From positions 351-64,350 of the forward strand of contig JBILFA010000005.1 of the NCBI GenBank assembly GCA_044351795.1: a DNA stretch of 64,000 bases, in the 5' to 3' direction. The notes under the pieces were generated by a model that had not been told where the DNA came from, did not search any database, and saw only the letters and a program-made list of their open reading frames with translations. Shown here piece by piece: positions 56,554 to 64,000 of the stretch. Numbering within the stretch: position 1 is the first letter of the stretch; every line of letters begins with the position of its first letter. The translations under genes and the position numbers were made by a program. This stretch comes from Bdellovibrionota bacterium. GTDB lineage: Bacteria; Bdellovibrionota_C; UBA2361; OMII01.

Positions 56554-57891
56554 ATGGCCGTAGGTGTCCTACTCGTACTTCTTCTCGTGCTCATCAATGC
56601 GTTCTTCGTGGCAGCGGAGTTCGCTATCATCAAGGTTCGTTATGCCTCTGTTGAGGCTGATGCGGCGGCCGGTCGGAACATCGCCCGAATAACTCGCGGC
56701 ATGCTAGACCGCCTGGATGCCTACCTCTCGGCAGCGCAGATCGGCATAACATTGGCGAGCCTCGGACTGGGGTGGATCGGTGAGCCGGTGTTCGCAGAGC
56801 TGCTAGTCAACGGTATGGCCTTGGTGGGTATCCCGATATCGTCCGATCTCGCCCACAAGATCGCCGTACCGATAGCCTTTATCGCTATCACGATCTTGCA
56901 CCTCATATTCGGTGAGGCCGTTCCGAAGTATGCGGCGATCTATTATCCCCAGGAATTCACCTATTTTTGCGCGCTGCCTCTGCGTTTCTTCGCCGCAATC
57001 ACGGCACCGCTCGTGTGGGTGATCAACAGTGGGACATGGTTGGTCCTCGCGCCCTTCGGAATCCGGGTTCAGTCTGATCACGAGAGTCATACCGAAGAGG
57101 AACTGCGGCTGCTTCTTGCCGAAAGTGCCCGCAGCGGAGATCTCGGGTCAATTCAAAAAACCGAACATGAACTAATAGAAAAGGTGTTTCGCTTTGATGA
57201 GCGAGTTGTTCGGCAAATCATGGTGCCCCGAACCAAGATGGTGGCTATCAGCGTAGAAGCCACTGCACAGGAGGCGTTCGATGTGATCGCGCGAGAGGGA
57301 TACACTCGTATGCCGGTGTATTCCGAGTCGCGTGATTCCATTGTGGGAGTCGTGCACTCCAAGGAGCTCTTGCGTCGCTTCATGGAGAAGAGTGATGCGC
57401 CGATCTCCGAAATCATGCGGCCTCCATACTTCGTGCCTGAAACGAAAAAGATTGGGACGCTGCTTCGGGAGTTACAAAACACCAAAAGCCACATGTCAGT
57501 TGTCGTCGACGAGTTTGGAGTGACCTGTGGGCTTGTTACGTTGGAGGATATCGTAGAAGAGCTGGTAGGTGAGATTCAGGATGAGTACGATGATGAAAGG
57601 CCGGTCGTTGAGAAGACGGCAGACGGTGCATTTGTAGTCAACGCGCATGCCTCGATTCTGGATGTGAACAGTTATCTGCCTGTTCATCTGGAAGAAGCAC
57701 CTGAATACGCTACGGTTGCAGGCCTCTTGAACGTGCTCTTCAGCGGAATCCCTGAGGTGGGCCAAAAAGTGAGCGATGAACACTACGAATACAAGGTTCT
57801 GAAGCGCTCTCAAGGGAGCGTGGACTCAGTCCAGCTAACCGCGCTGATCAACGGAAAGCCCCATAATCACAAAGGAATAGACGGTGCTTAG
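56554..57891 (+). CDS. CNNM/TlyC-family hemolysin-like protein (DUF21-CBS-CorC_HlyC)
   Basis: 445 aa with an N-terminal 4-TM DUF21 region, a CBS pair (IMVPRTKMVAI...) and a C-terminal CorC_HlyC-like domain. Confidence 0.9.
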   Translation: MAVGVLLVLLLVLINAFFVAAEFAIIKVRYASVEADAAAGRNIARITRGMLDRLDAYLSAAQIGITLASLGLGWIGEPVFAELLVNGMALVGIPISSDLAHKIAVPIAFIAITILHLIFGEAVPKYAAIYYPQEFTYFCALPLRFFAAITAPLVWVINSGTWLVLAPFGIRVQSDHESHTEEELRLLLAESARSGDLGSIQKTEHELIEKVFRFDERVVRQIMVPRTKMVAISVEATAQEAFDVIAREGYTRMPVYSESRDSIVGVVHSKELLRRFMEKSDAPISEIMRPPYFVPETKKIGTLLRELQNTKSHMSVVVDEFGVTCGLVTLEDIVEELVGEIQDEYDDERPVVEKTADGAFVVNAHASILDVNSYLPVHLEEAPEYATVAGLLNVLFSGIPEVGQKVSDEHYEYKVLKRSQGSVDSVQLTALINGKPHNHKGIDGA

Positions 57892-57967
57892 TCAGGTTTA
57901 TCCGGGCACCGTCAAAAGTTGAGCTTGGGGCGGTATTGCGATACCCTTTTCAAGGACTGACTCGGGA

Positions 57968-58411
57968 GTGAGTAATTCTATGGAGCGGATACTGTCGGTG
58001 ACTAACGTGAGTTTACGGGATTTCGAGAGGTTTCATGCACGTCGTCAGAGTAAGCCTCCGACGACCCCGTCCTTGAAGGAGCTGGCGTTGACTCTATTGA
58101 CCACTCTAGTGATGACGCCGTTTCTCTACGTGACCTTCTTCGTTATTCCTCTTATGGGCCAAATTACTGTCGGCTTTGCAGGGTTACTCACCCTGATCTA
58201 TCTCTATTATCGCCGATCTGTTCTCGTGCTAATCATTACAGTGACTGGTTTGACGCTCTTTTCGTCTGTGACATTTGCGACGATACAGACGATAAAGTAC
58301 CGACTCGAGATACCTCTGTTCGTATTCCTTGCTCTCGGAATTCCGATGTCTTTTGCCTACTGCGTTTTAGTAGGTTCGCGAATATGGGTGGTGCGTGGTG
58401 GGGGAGAGTAG
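57968..58411 (+). CDS. Hypothetical membrane protein
   Basis: 147-aa ORF with 3-4 hydrophobic helices and an uncertain start. Confidence 0.45.
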   Translation: MSNSMERILSVTNVSLRDFERFHARRQSKPPTTPSLKELALTLLTTLVMTPFLYVTFFVIPLMGQITVGFAGLLTLIYLYYRRSVLVLIITVTGLTLFSSVTFATIQTIKYRLEIPLFVFLALGIPMSFAYCVLVGSRIWVVRGGGE

Positions 58412-58511
58412 ACCTTTTTCTATCGACGATTATAACACCTCGTCCCATGCGTTTTCATGTAAACAGACATGCCCCGCACGAGGGACTAGAGAAAACAAAA
58501 GGATTGTAAGT

Positions 58512-58865
58512 ATGAACTTGTATCGTTCCCTCAGATCGTTGGTGGTGGTGTTTGTCGTTGCACTTTCGGCGAGCCTCGCCCACGCTGATGATGCATACAC
58601 TTTCAAAGTGAAAGGTGTCATTCGAGGTATGCCGGGCAAGGGTTTGGCCAAGAACGAGATCCTCGTCAAACATCAGGATATCCCGGAGTACCGGGATGAG
58701 TCGGGTAAAGTAGTCGGTATGATGGCTATGACGATGCCGTTCTATTTGTCGCCTGAGCTATCACTCGACGGCTTTGCGCTCGGGGACTCCGTAGAGCTCG
58801 AAGTCGAGCAGCACTTGGAGCCCGAGTTCAGTGAAAAGGTAGTGGCGATAAAGAAGGTCGGCTAG
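58512..58865 (+). CDS. Periplasmic copper-binding protein (CusF-like, tentative)
   Basis: 117 aa from the ATG at 58512 with a signal peptide (SLVVVFVVALSASLAHA) and a Met-rich VGMMAMTMPF motif. Confidence 0.6.
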   Translation: MNLYRSLRSLVVVFVVALSASLAHADDAYTFKVKGVIRGMPGKGLAKNEILVKHQDIPEYRDESGKVVGMMAMTMPFYLSPELSLDGFALGDSVELEVEQHLEPEFSEKVVAIKKVG

Positions 58866-58869
58866 GAAA

Positions 58870-58897
58870 GCAAAGCAACGTATTCGAGTTGCTTTGC
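58870..58897 (+). terminator. Hairpin downstream of CusF-like gene (terminator candidate without U-tract)
   Basis: gcaaagcaac-gtattcga-gttgctttgc is a perfect 10-bp stem. Confidence 0.4.
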
Positions 58898-59067
58898 GAG
58901 GGGCGAGGCCTATTACGCTTCCGCGTGCACGTTGAGATAACGCGGAAAGTCTCCCAGTCGATGCCGCGAAGCCCTCCTTCTTCAAGAGCCTAAAACACCG
59001 TCTTCAAAAGCAGCCTTAAGTTCCTTCGAGAGGCATCCCGATAACCTTCGTAGTAGAGTGGTCAATA

Positions 59068-59760
59068 GTGTCTTCTAGCTATGTGTCTCGAATGCTTATG
59101 CGGTCTTTCTTTTTTCATGTGGTCCTGTTTTTCGTCTCTGCGCTCTCCACTGCTTGTGGGCCCCGGCACGTAGCACCCCCTGCTCCTGTTGATCAGGGTA
59201 GCTTTCTTGTGCATCGAGTGACGAGACAGGGAGAAACTGTGAATTCGCTCTCGAAGTGGTACACAGGCTCTGAAAAGCCCGCCAAAGAGATAGCAACAGC
59301 AAGTAGCATTGGTGAGCACTCGGTCCTCAAGCCGGGGCAGAGAGTGCTAATCCCCAATTCTTATGTGAAAAAGACGGCACCTCCACCTAAGCGCAAGCCT
59401 AGCCCGAAATCACCTCCTGCTCCCGAAAAGATCGACCGAGCAGCGACCGACAAGGCGCCGGAGAAATCCGAACAAGGAGTCGCGGCCTTGACTGATGTCG
59501 GCTCTGTTCCGATACGGGCGGAAGAGGCAGGATCGCCGACTAAACTGAGTGAGGCTGAGCCCACGATCCTAGCCGAAGAGATTGCTGTGTCGAGCGCAAG
59601 GCCCCAAGAGCAGCCCGCAGTTGAAAAGGCGGTGCCCAATACCGAGGCTGCCAAGCCGGCCGTCAGCTTCGAGGAATTGCTCTTGAAGGAGCAGAGCGAA
59701 GTGGAGCGACTACGCCGCGAAATGCAGCTGGATGCTCAGCCAGCCGGTGTCGGCAGTTGA
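59068..59760 (+). CDS. LysM-domain lipoprotein with Pro/Lys/Ala/Glu-rich tail
   Basis: Lipobox-like LSTAC and a LysM-like segment (HRVTRQGETVNSLSKWY...LKPGQRVLIP). Confidence 0.7.
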   Translation: MSSSYVSRMLMRSFFFHVVLFFVSALSTACGPRHVAPPAPVDQGSFLVHRVTRQGETVNSLSKWYTGSEKPAKEIATASSIGEHSVLKPGQRVLIPNSYVKKTAPPPKRKPSPKSPPAPEKIDRAATDKAPEKSEQGVAALTDVGSVPIRAEEAGSPTKLSEAEPTILAEEIAVSSARPQEQPAVEKAVPNTEAAKPAVSFEELLLKEQSEVERLRREMQLDAQPAGVGS

Positions 59761-59801
59761 GCAAGAAGCACCCTCACTAGCAAAATGCGCTACAGCCAGG
59801 C

Positions 59802-59999
59802 TTAGTGTTCTCCTCCGCACGAACCCGACCCACATGTGCAGGCACTTGTGTCTCCCTTGCTACAGCCGTCACAGGAGCAGACCGCCTTAACGGCCTTTTT
59901 GCCACAGGCACAACTCCCTCCGGCCGGGGCGGCGGCTTTGTGCGAGCACGCGGCCATGGCGATGGCACATACAGAGATTAAAAAGACCTTACGTATCAT
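59802..59999 (-). CDS. Small Cys-rich putative lipoprotein (metallothionein-like composition)
   Basis: 65 aa with a signal plus lipobox (VFLISVCAIAMAAC). Eight Cys occur in CxC/CxxC spacing within ~35 residues (SCACG...VCSCDGC...ACTCGSGSC), and the C-terminal residue is His. Confidence 0.55.
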   Translation of the reverse strand: MIRKVFLISVCAIAMAACSHKAAAPAGGSCACGKKAVKAVCSCDGCSKGDTSACTCGSGSCGGEH

Positions 60000-60120
60000 A
60001 GACTTTCCCTTCGTTGTATTTCACGATGCAACAGGACGGTGTAACAACTCTATTTTCGGTCGTCGGTTGTCTGTTCGCAAGGGGTTGTTATGGAACGATG
60101 TAGCACAAAGCGTGTAATGC

Positions 60121-61125
60121 ATGGGAAGTTGCTTGAGTAGTCGAGTGTACCTGTTGGTGCTGCTTCTGTTACAGGTAGCGGCTGCGTCGGCAGAGGACCG
60201 CGAGTTGCTCAACGTGTCATTCGATCCGACTCGAGTGGTGTACGAGCGCCTGAATCCCATCTTCACTCAGGAATGGAAATCCAAAACCGGCGAGGATGTC
60301 GTCATCTATCAGTCGCACGGAGGTTCTGGCAAACAAGCCCGTTCGGTGATTGAAGGACTCGAGGCGGACGTCGTAACCTTGGCGCTCTCGTATGATATCG
60401 ATAATATCGCAAAGCGTGGGTTGCTGCCCCTGACGTGGAAGGAGAGGTTGCCCCACAAAAGCGTTCCGTGTTCCTCGACGATCGTCTTTATGGTGCGGCG
60501 CGGCAATCCCAAGGGGATACATGACTGGGTAGATCTTGCGGGATCAGGCGTTGCAGTCGTGATGCCGAACCCCAAGACTTCCGGAGGTGCTCGGTGGAAC
60601 TACCTTGCGGCCTGGGGCTACGGTATGAGGAAGCTGGGAGATGAGGGGCGTTCCCGTGAAATGATCGCAAAGATATTGGCGAATGTGCCGGTATTCGACA
60701 CAGGCGCTCGAGGTTCTATGACGACTTTTTTGCATCGGGAAATAGGAGATGTGCTCGTCACCTGGGAGAGCGAAGCGCGTGAAATACTAAGCTTGTACCC
60801 CGGAGGCGATTTCGAGATCGTTGTGCCCTCTGTAAGTATCAAGGCTGAGACTCCAATTGCCGTTGTTGATCGCAACGTACAACGACACAAAACCGATAAG
60901 GTCGCTACAGCATACGCAGAATTCCTCTTTACTCCCGCGGCTCAACGTATCTTTGCGGAATCCCATTACCGGCCATCGGACCTCAATGTTCAGCGAGAGT
61001 TCGCCTCTTCGTTCCCCAACGTGAAGCTTCTCACTATCGATGAGGACTTTGGCGGCTGGTCGGAGGCCCAGAAAATTCACTTCGACGATGGCGGTACCTT
61101 CGATCAGCTGTACAGCCTTAGCTGA
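60121..61125 (+). CDS. sbp: Sulfate/thiosulfate ABC transporter substrate-binding protein
   Basis: LLNVSFDPTR...IYQSHGGSGKQARSVIEGLEADVVTLALSYDID is a close match to the Sbp/CysP signature. Confidence 0.92.
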   Translation: MGSCLSSRVYLLVLLLLQVAAASAEDRELLNVSFDPTRVVYERLNPIFTQEWKSKTGEDVVIYQSHGGSGKQARSVIEGLEADVVTLALSYDIDNIAKRGLLPLTWKERLPHKSVPCSSTIVFMVRRGNPKGIHDWVDLAGSGVAVVMPNPKTSGGARWNYLAAWGYGMRKLGDEGRSREMIAKILANVPVFDTGARGSMTTFLHREIGDVLVTWESEAREILSLYPGGDFEIVVPSVSIKAETPIAVVDRNVQRHKTDKVATAYAEFLFTPAAQRIFAESHYRPSDLNVQREFASSFPNVKLLTIDEDFGGWSEAQKIHFDDGGTFDQLYSLS

Positions 61126-61201
61126 TGAAGCGAGAAGTATGAATTGTGGATTGCTCCGGTTAAAGGTGAATCTTTTGCTTCGTTGTGCAATATAAAGCGG
61201 C

Positions 61202-62035
61202 ATGTCCCTTCAACGTGCGTCAATAATGCCCGGTTTCGGGCTCTCCTTCGGTGTTTCTGTCACCTACCTGTCCGTCATCGTCTTACTTCCCCTTTCGACT
61301 ATTTTGATCGGCGCTAGTGAGATCTCGTGGAATGAATTTTCGGCGATACTAGTATCCGCGCGCTCTGTGGCTGCATTCAAGCTCAGTTTGCTGACAAGTC
61401 TCGCGGCAGCTCTCGTTAACAGTGTAGCAGGCACTATCGTCGCGTGGGTGTTGGTACGGTATGCATTTCCCGGTCGTCGTATCTTAGACGCCTTGATCGA
61501 TCTCCCCTTCGCGCTTCCAACGGCCGTCGCAGGTATAGCTCTGACTACCTTGTATGCCCCGAAAGGTTTGCTCGGGAGGCCGCTCGCGGCTCTGGGTATA
61601 GAGGCGGCCTTTGCCCCACTCGGCATCATCGTGGCGCTCACCTTTGTAGGGCTTCCCTTCGTGGTAAGAACGGTACAACCGGTCTTAGAGGAGCTGCAGA
61701 TCGAGATTGAAGAGGCGGCTGCTACTCTGGGCGCGAATCGCTGGACAACGATTCGTACCGTGGTTGCGCCTGTGGTTCTACCATCGGTGCTCACAGGATT
61801 CTCCCTCTCTCTCGCGCGTGGGTTGGGAGAGTACGGTTCCGTTGTGTTCATCTCCGGCAATCTTCCGCTGAAAACGGAGGTGCTGCCGCTTGTTATCATG
61901 GGGCGTCTCGAGCGCTTTGATTATCACGGAGCGATCGTTTTAGCCGGTGTTATGCTCTCGCTTTCCTTCTTGATATTGCTCGCTATCAACATGCTTCAAA
62001 CAAGAATAGGCGTGATGCGGTCGAGGTCTAGCTAG
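61202..62035 (+). CDS. cysT: Sulfate ABC transporter permease CysT
   Basis: 277 aa in the first permease position. It has the EAA-type loop (IEEAAATLGANRWTTIRTV). Confidence 0.9.
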   Translation: MSLQRASIMPGFGLSFGVSVTYLSVIVLLPLSTILIGASEISWNEFSAILVSARSVAAFKLSLLTSLAAALVNSVAGTIVAWVLVRYAFPGRRILDALIDLPFALPTAVAGIALTTLYAPKGLLGRPLAALGIEAAFAPLGIIVALTFVGLPFVVRTVQPVLEELQIEIEEAAATLGANRWTTIRTVVAPVVLPSVLTGFSLSLARGLGEYGSVVFISGNLPLKTEVLPLVIMGRLERFDYHGAIVLAGVMLSLSFLILLAINMLQTRIGVMRSRSS

Positions 62036-62036
62036 G

Positions 62037-62909
62037 ATGGCGAGCGTGGAGCTTTTGAGTTCGAGACAGGTAGGGATTCAAGAGCCGCGCGCGGCGCGGA
62101 TTCTCTTAATAGCCTTCACCGTGGGGTTTTTAGGCCTCTTTCTGGTGCTCCCTCTCGCCATTGTTTTTGAGCATGCGTTTTCCGCCGGCGTTCGAGCTTA
62201 CTGGAGTGCGGTGAGCGATCCTTTGACGCTGTCAGCGATGCGCCTTACCGTGCTTGCTTCCACGAGTGCGGTACTCTGCAACGCCGTCTTTGGAATAGCA
62301 CTAGCCTGGCTCGTAACTCATTTTCGATTTCGAGGGCGACAGGTGCTCATGACGATGATGGATATTCCTCTTGCCGTCTCGCCTGTGGTTGCGGGTATGG
62401 TGTTCGTTCTGTTATTGGGGCATCACGGCTGGTTCGGTCCTTGGTTGGACGCATGGAATGTGAGGGTAATATTCGCCACCCCAGGAATTATTCTCTGCAC
62501 CGTGTTCGTCACGGTTCCGTTTGTCGCGCGGGAGCTCATTCCGGTGATGGAAGAGCGTGGCGCGACAGAAGAGGAGGCCGCACTGGTTCTGGGAGCTAGT
62601 GGGTGGCAAACATTGAGGCTGGTGACTTTACCGGCGATTAAGTGGGCGCTCTTATACGGGTTGGTGTTGTGCAACGCCCGAGCCATGGGAGAGTTTGGAG
62701 CGGTCTCGGTGGTATCGGGCCACATTCGCGGTCGTACGAACACGCTGCCGCTCCACATCGAGATTTTGTACAACGAGTACGAGTTTGCGGCGGCATTTGC
62801 GGTATCCTCGCTCTTGGCGTTGTCGGCGCTCGTCACCCTCGGGATCAAACGCGTGGTGGAATTGAGGCACCTTCGGGGAGTTCGGGGAGGGAGTGCGGGA
62901 GGTTTATGA
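62037..62909 (+). CDS. cysW: Sulfate ABC transporter permease CysW
   Basis: 290 aa in the second permease position. It has the EAA-type loop (EEAALVLGASGWQTLRLV). Confidence 0.9.
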   Translation: MASVELLSSRQVGIQEPRAARILLIAFTVGFLGLFLVLPLAIVFEHAFSAGVRAYWSAVSDPLTLSAMRLTVLASTSAVLCNAVFGIALAWLVTHFRFRGRQVLMTMMDIPLAVSPVVAGMVFVLLLGHHGWFGPWLDAWNVRVIFATPGIILCTVFVTVPFVARELIPVMEERGATEEEAALVLGASGWQTLRLVTLPAIKWALLYGLVLCNARAMGEFGAVSVVSGHIRGRTNTLPLHIEILYNEYEFAAAFAVSSLLALSALVTLGIKRVVELRHLRGVRGGSAGGL

Positions 62910-64000
62910 CGATTGAATTGCGCGAGGTGCTGAAAAAGTTCGGTGAGCAGCTCGTGATTAATCTTGTATCGCTCTCGGTACAGGAGGGAGAGCTCTTCGT
63001 CCTGCTCGGGAGCAGTGGAAGCGGCAAGAGCACGATCCTGCGAGTGATAGCCGGACTGGTGCGCCCGGACAGCGGCTGCGTGCTGCTACGAGGTAATGAC
63101 GTTACGCCCCTCCCTCCGCAAAAACGAGAAGTTGGTGTGGTGTTCCAGAATTACGCCCTCTTCAAGCATATGACGGTTGCTGAAAATATCGAGTTTGGCT
63201 TGAAGATTCGCAAAATACCTCCGGCCCAACGCAAGCAGCGCAGCGATGAGTTGCTGGAGCTGGTCGGATTAAGTGGTCTCGCGCACCGCTACCCGACTCA
63301 GCTATCAGGAGGCCAATCTCAGCGGGTCGCCCTTGCTCGAGCACTCGCTTACGAACCGTCGGTGTTGCTCCTCGATGAGCCCTTTGGAGCTCTCGACGTG
63401 AAGATACGAGGGAAATTACGCCGTAGCCTCAAAGCTCTCCAAAGGGAATTGGGGATAACCACAGTACTCGTCACGCACGACCAGGAAGAGGCGTTCGAGC
63501 TTGCGGATCGAATCGCCGTGGTAGAGCGTGGTCGCATCGTCGAGGTGGGAACGCCGCATCAATTATACCACAGCCCGAAGACCGAATTCGTTGCTAACTT
63601 TGTCGGCGGTGGGAACGTCTTGTTTGGGCGATATCATGAGGGCCGAGTGCGCTTAGGCGGCACTTCATTACCGTTTCCAGCGGAAGCCCCTGCCCATGAC
63701 GAGGGTGCCCCGGTCCGTGTGCTCTTCCGTCCGGAGTGGGTTACCTACAGTCGCGAGGCGATTGAGTCGGGGGAAGGCAATCTTTCTCTGGGCAAGGGAA
63801 CGATACGAGACCGCCTCTTTGGAGGCTCCATGGAAAAGCTGCGGTTTGAGCTCGATGACTTACGTGGTTCTCAGTCTGTGGGGTTATCGCTCGAGTACGG
63901 TCAGCGCGGTACTCTGGTAGATGGATTGGCTAGTTCTCTCGCTGCAGATATTCCAAGCATCGGAGAACAGCGCTGGCTTTCGTTGAAGCGTTGTCACGTC
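62906..64000 (+). CDS. cysA: Sulfate ABC transporter ATP-binding protein CysA (3' end beyond window)
   Basis: The ATG overlaps the cysW stop (ATGA). The frame is open for 365 codons to the window end. It has Walker A GSSGSGKST, signature LSGGQSQR and Walker B LLLDEPF. Confidence 0.9.
   Translation, partial: MTIELREVLKKFGEQLVINLVSLSVQEGELFVLLGSSGSGKSTILRVIAGLVRPDSGCVLLRGNDVTPLPPQKREVGVVFQNYALFKHMTVAENIEFGLKIRKIPPAQRKQRSDELLELVGLSGLAHRYPTQLSGGQSQRVALARALAYEPSVLLLDEPFGALDVKIRGKLRRSLKALQRELGITTVLVTHDQEEAFELADRIAVVERGRIVEVGTPHQLYHSPKTEFVANFVGGGNVLFGRYHEGRVRLGGTSLPFPAEAPAHDEGAPVRVLFRPEWVTYSREAIESGEGNLSLGKGTIRDRLFGGSMEKLRFELDDLRGSQSVGLSLEYGQRGTLVDGLASSLAADIPSIGEQRWLSLKRCHV

Overview
This is a bacterial chromosomal window of about 64 kb with mid-to-high GC by eye. 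It is mostly housekeeping operons. These include cinA and an M23 peptidase, ruvX-mltG, purM, mgtE, and a translationally coupled MoxR-DUF58-BatA-VWA operon. Further along are purN, typA, a riboswitch-controlled B12 uptake locus, and sbp-cysTWA. A mosaic accessory island at roughly 20.9-32.0 kb interrupts them, and a partial IS21 element sits at the left edge. The island carries IS91 and IS3 remnants, an AT-rich collagen-like gene, a 4 x 35-bp tandem array abutting an IS256 copy, and a complete diversity-generating retroelement (DGR). In the DGR, a 105-bp template repeat (27593-27697) and variable repeat (27018-27122) differ at exactly 13 positions. All 13 are template adenines. The DGR also has an Avd-like gene on the opposite strand, a DGR-type reverse transcriptase, and a small atypical target protein. 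A GATC-rich hairpin module follows the VR and recurs 4.3 kb downstream. A 63-bp duplicate of the RT gene lies next to the IS256. HigBA, a thermonuclease and an unknown gene sit inside the bracketed segment. I saw no rRNA, tRNA or CRISPR array. All calls come from reading the sequence and ORF translations, and no database searches were run.
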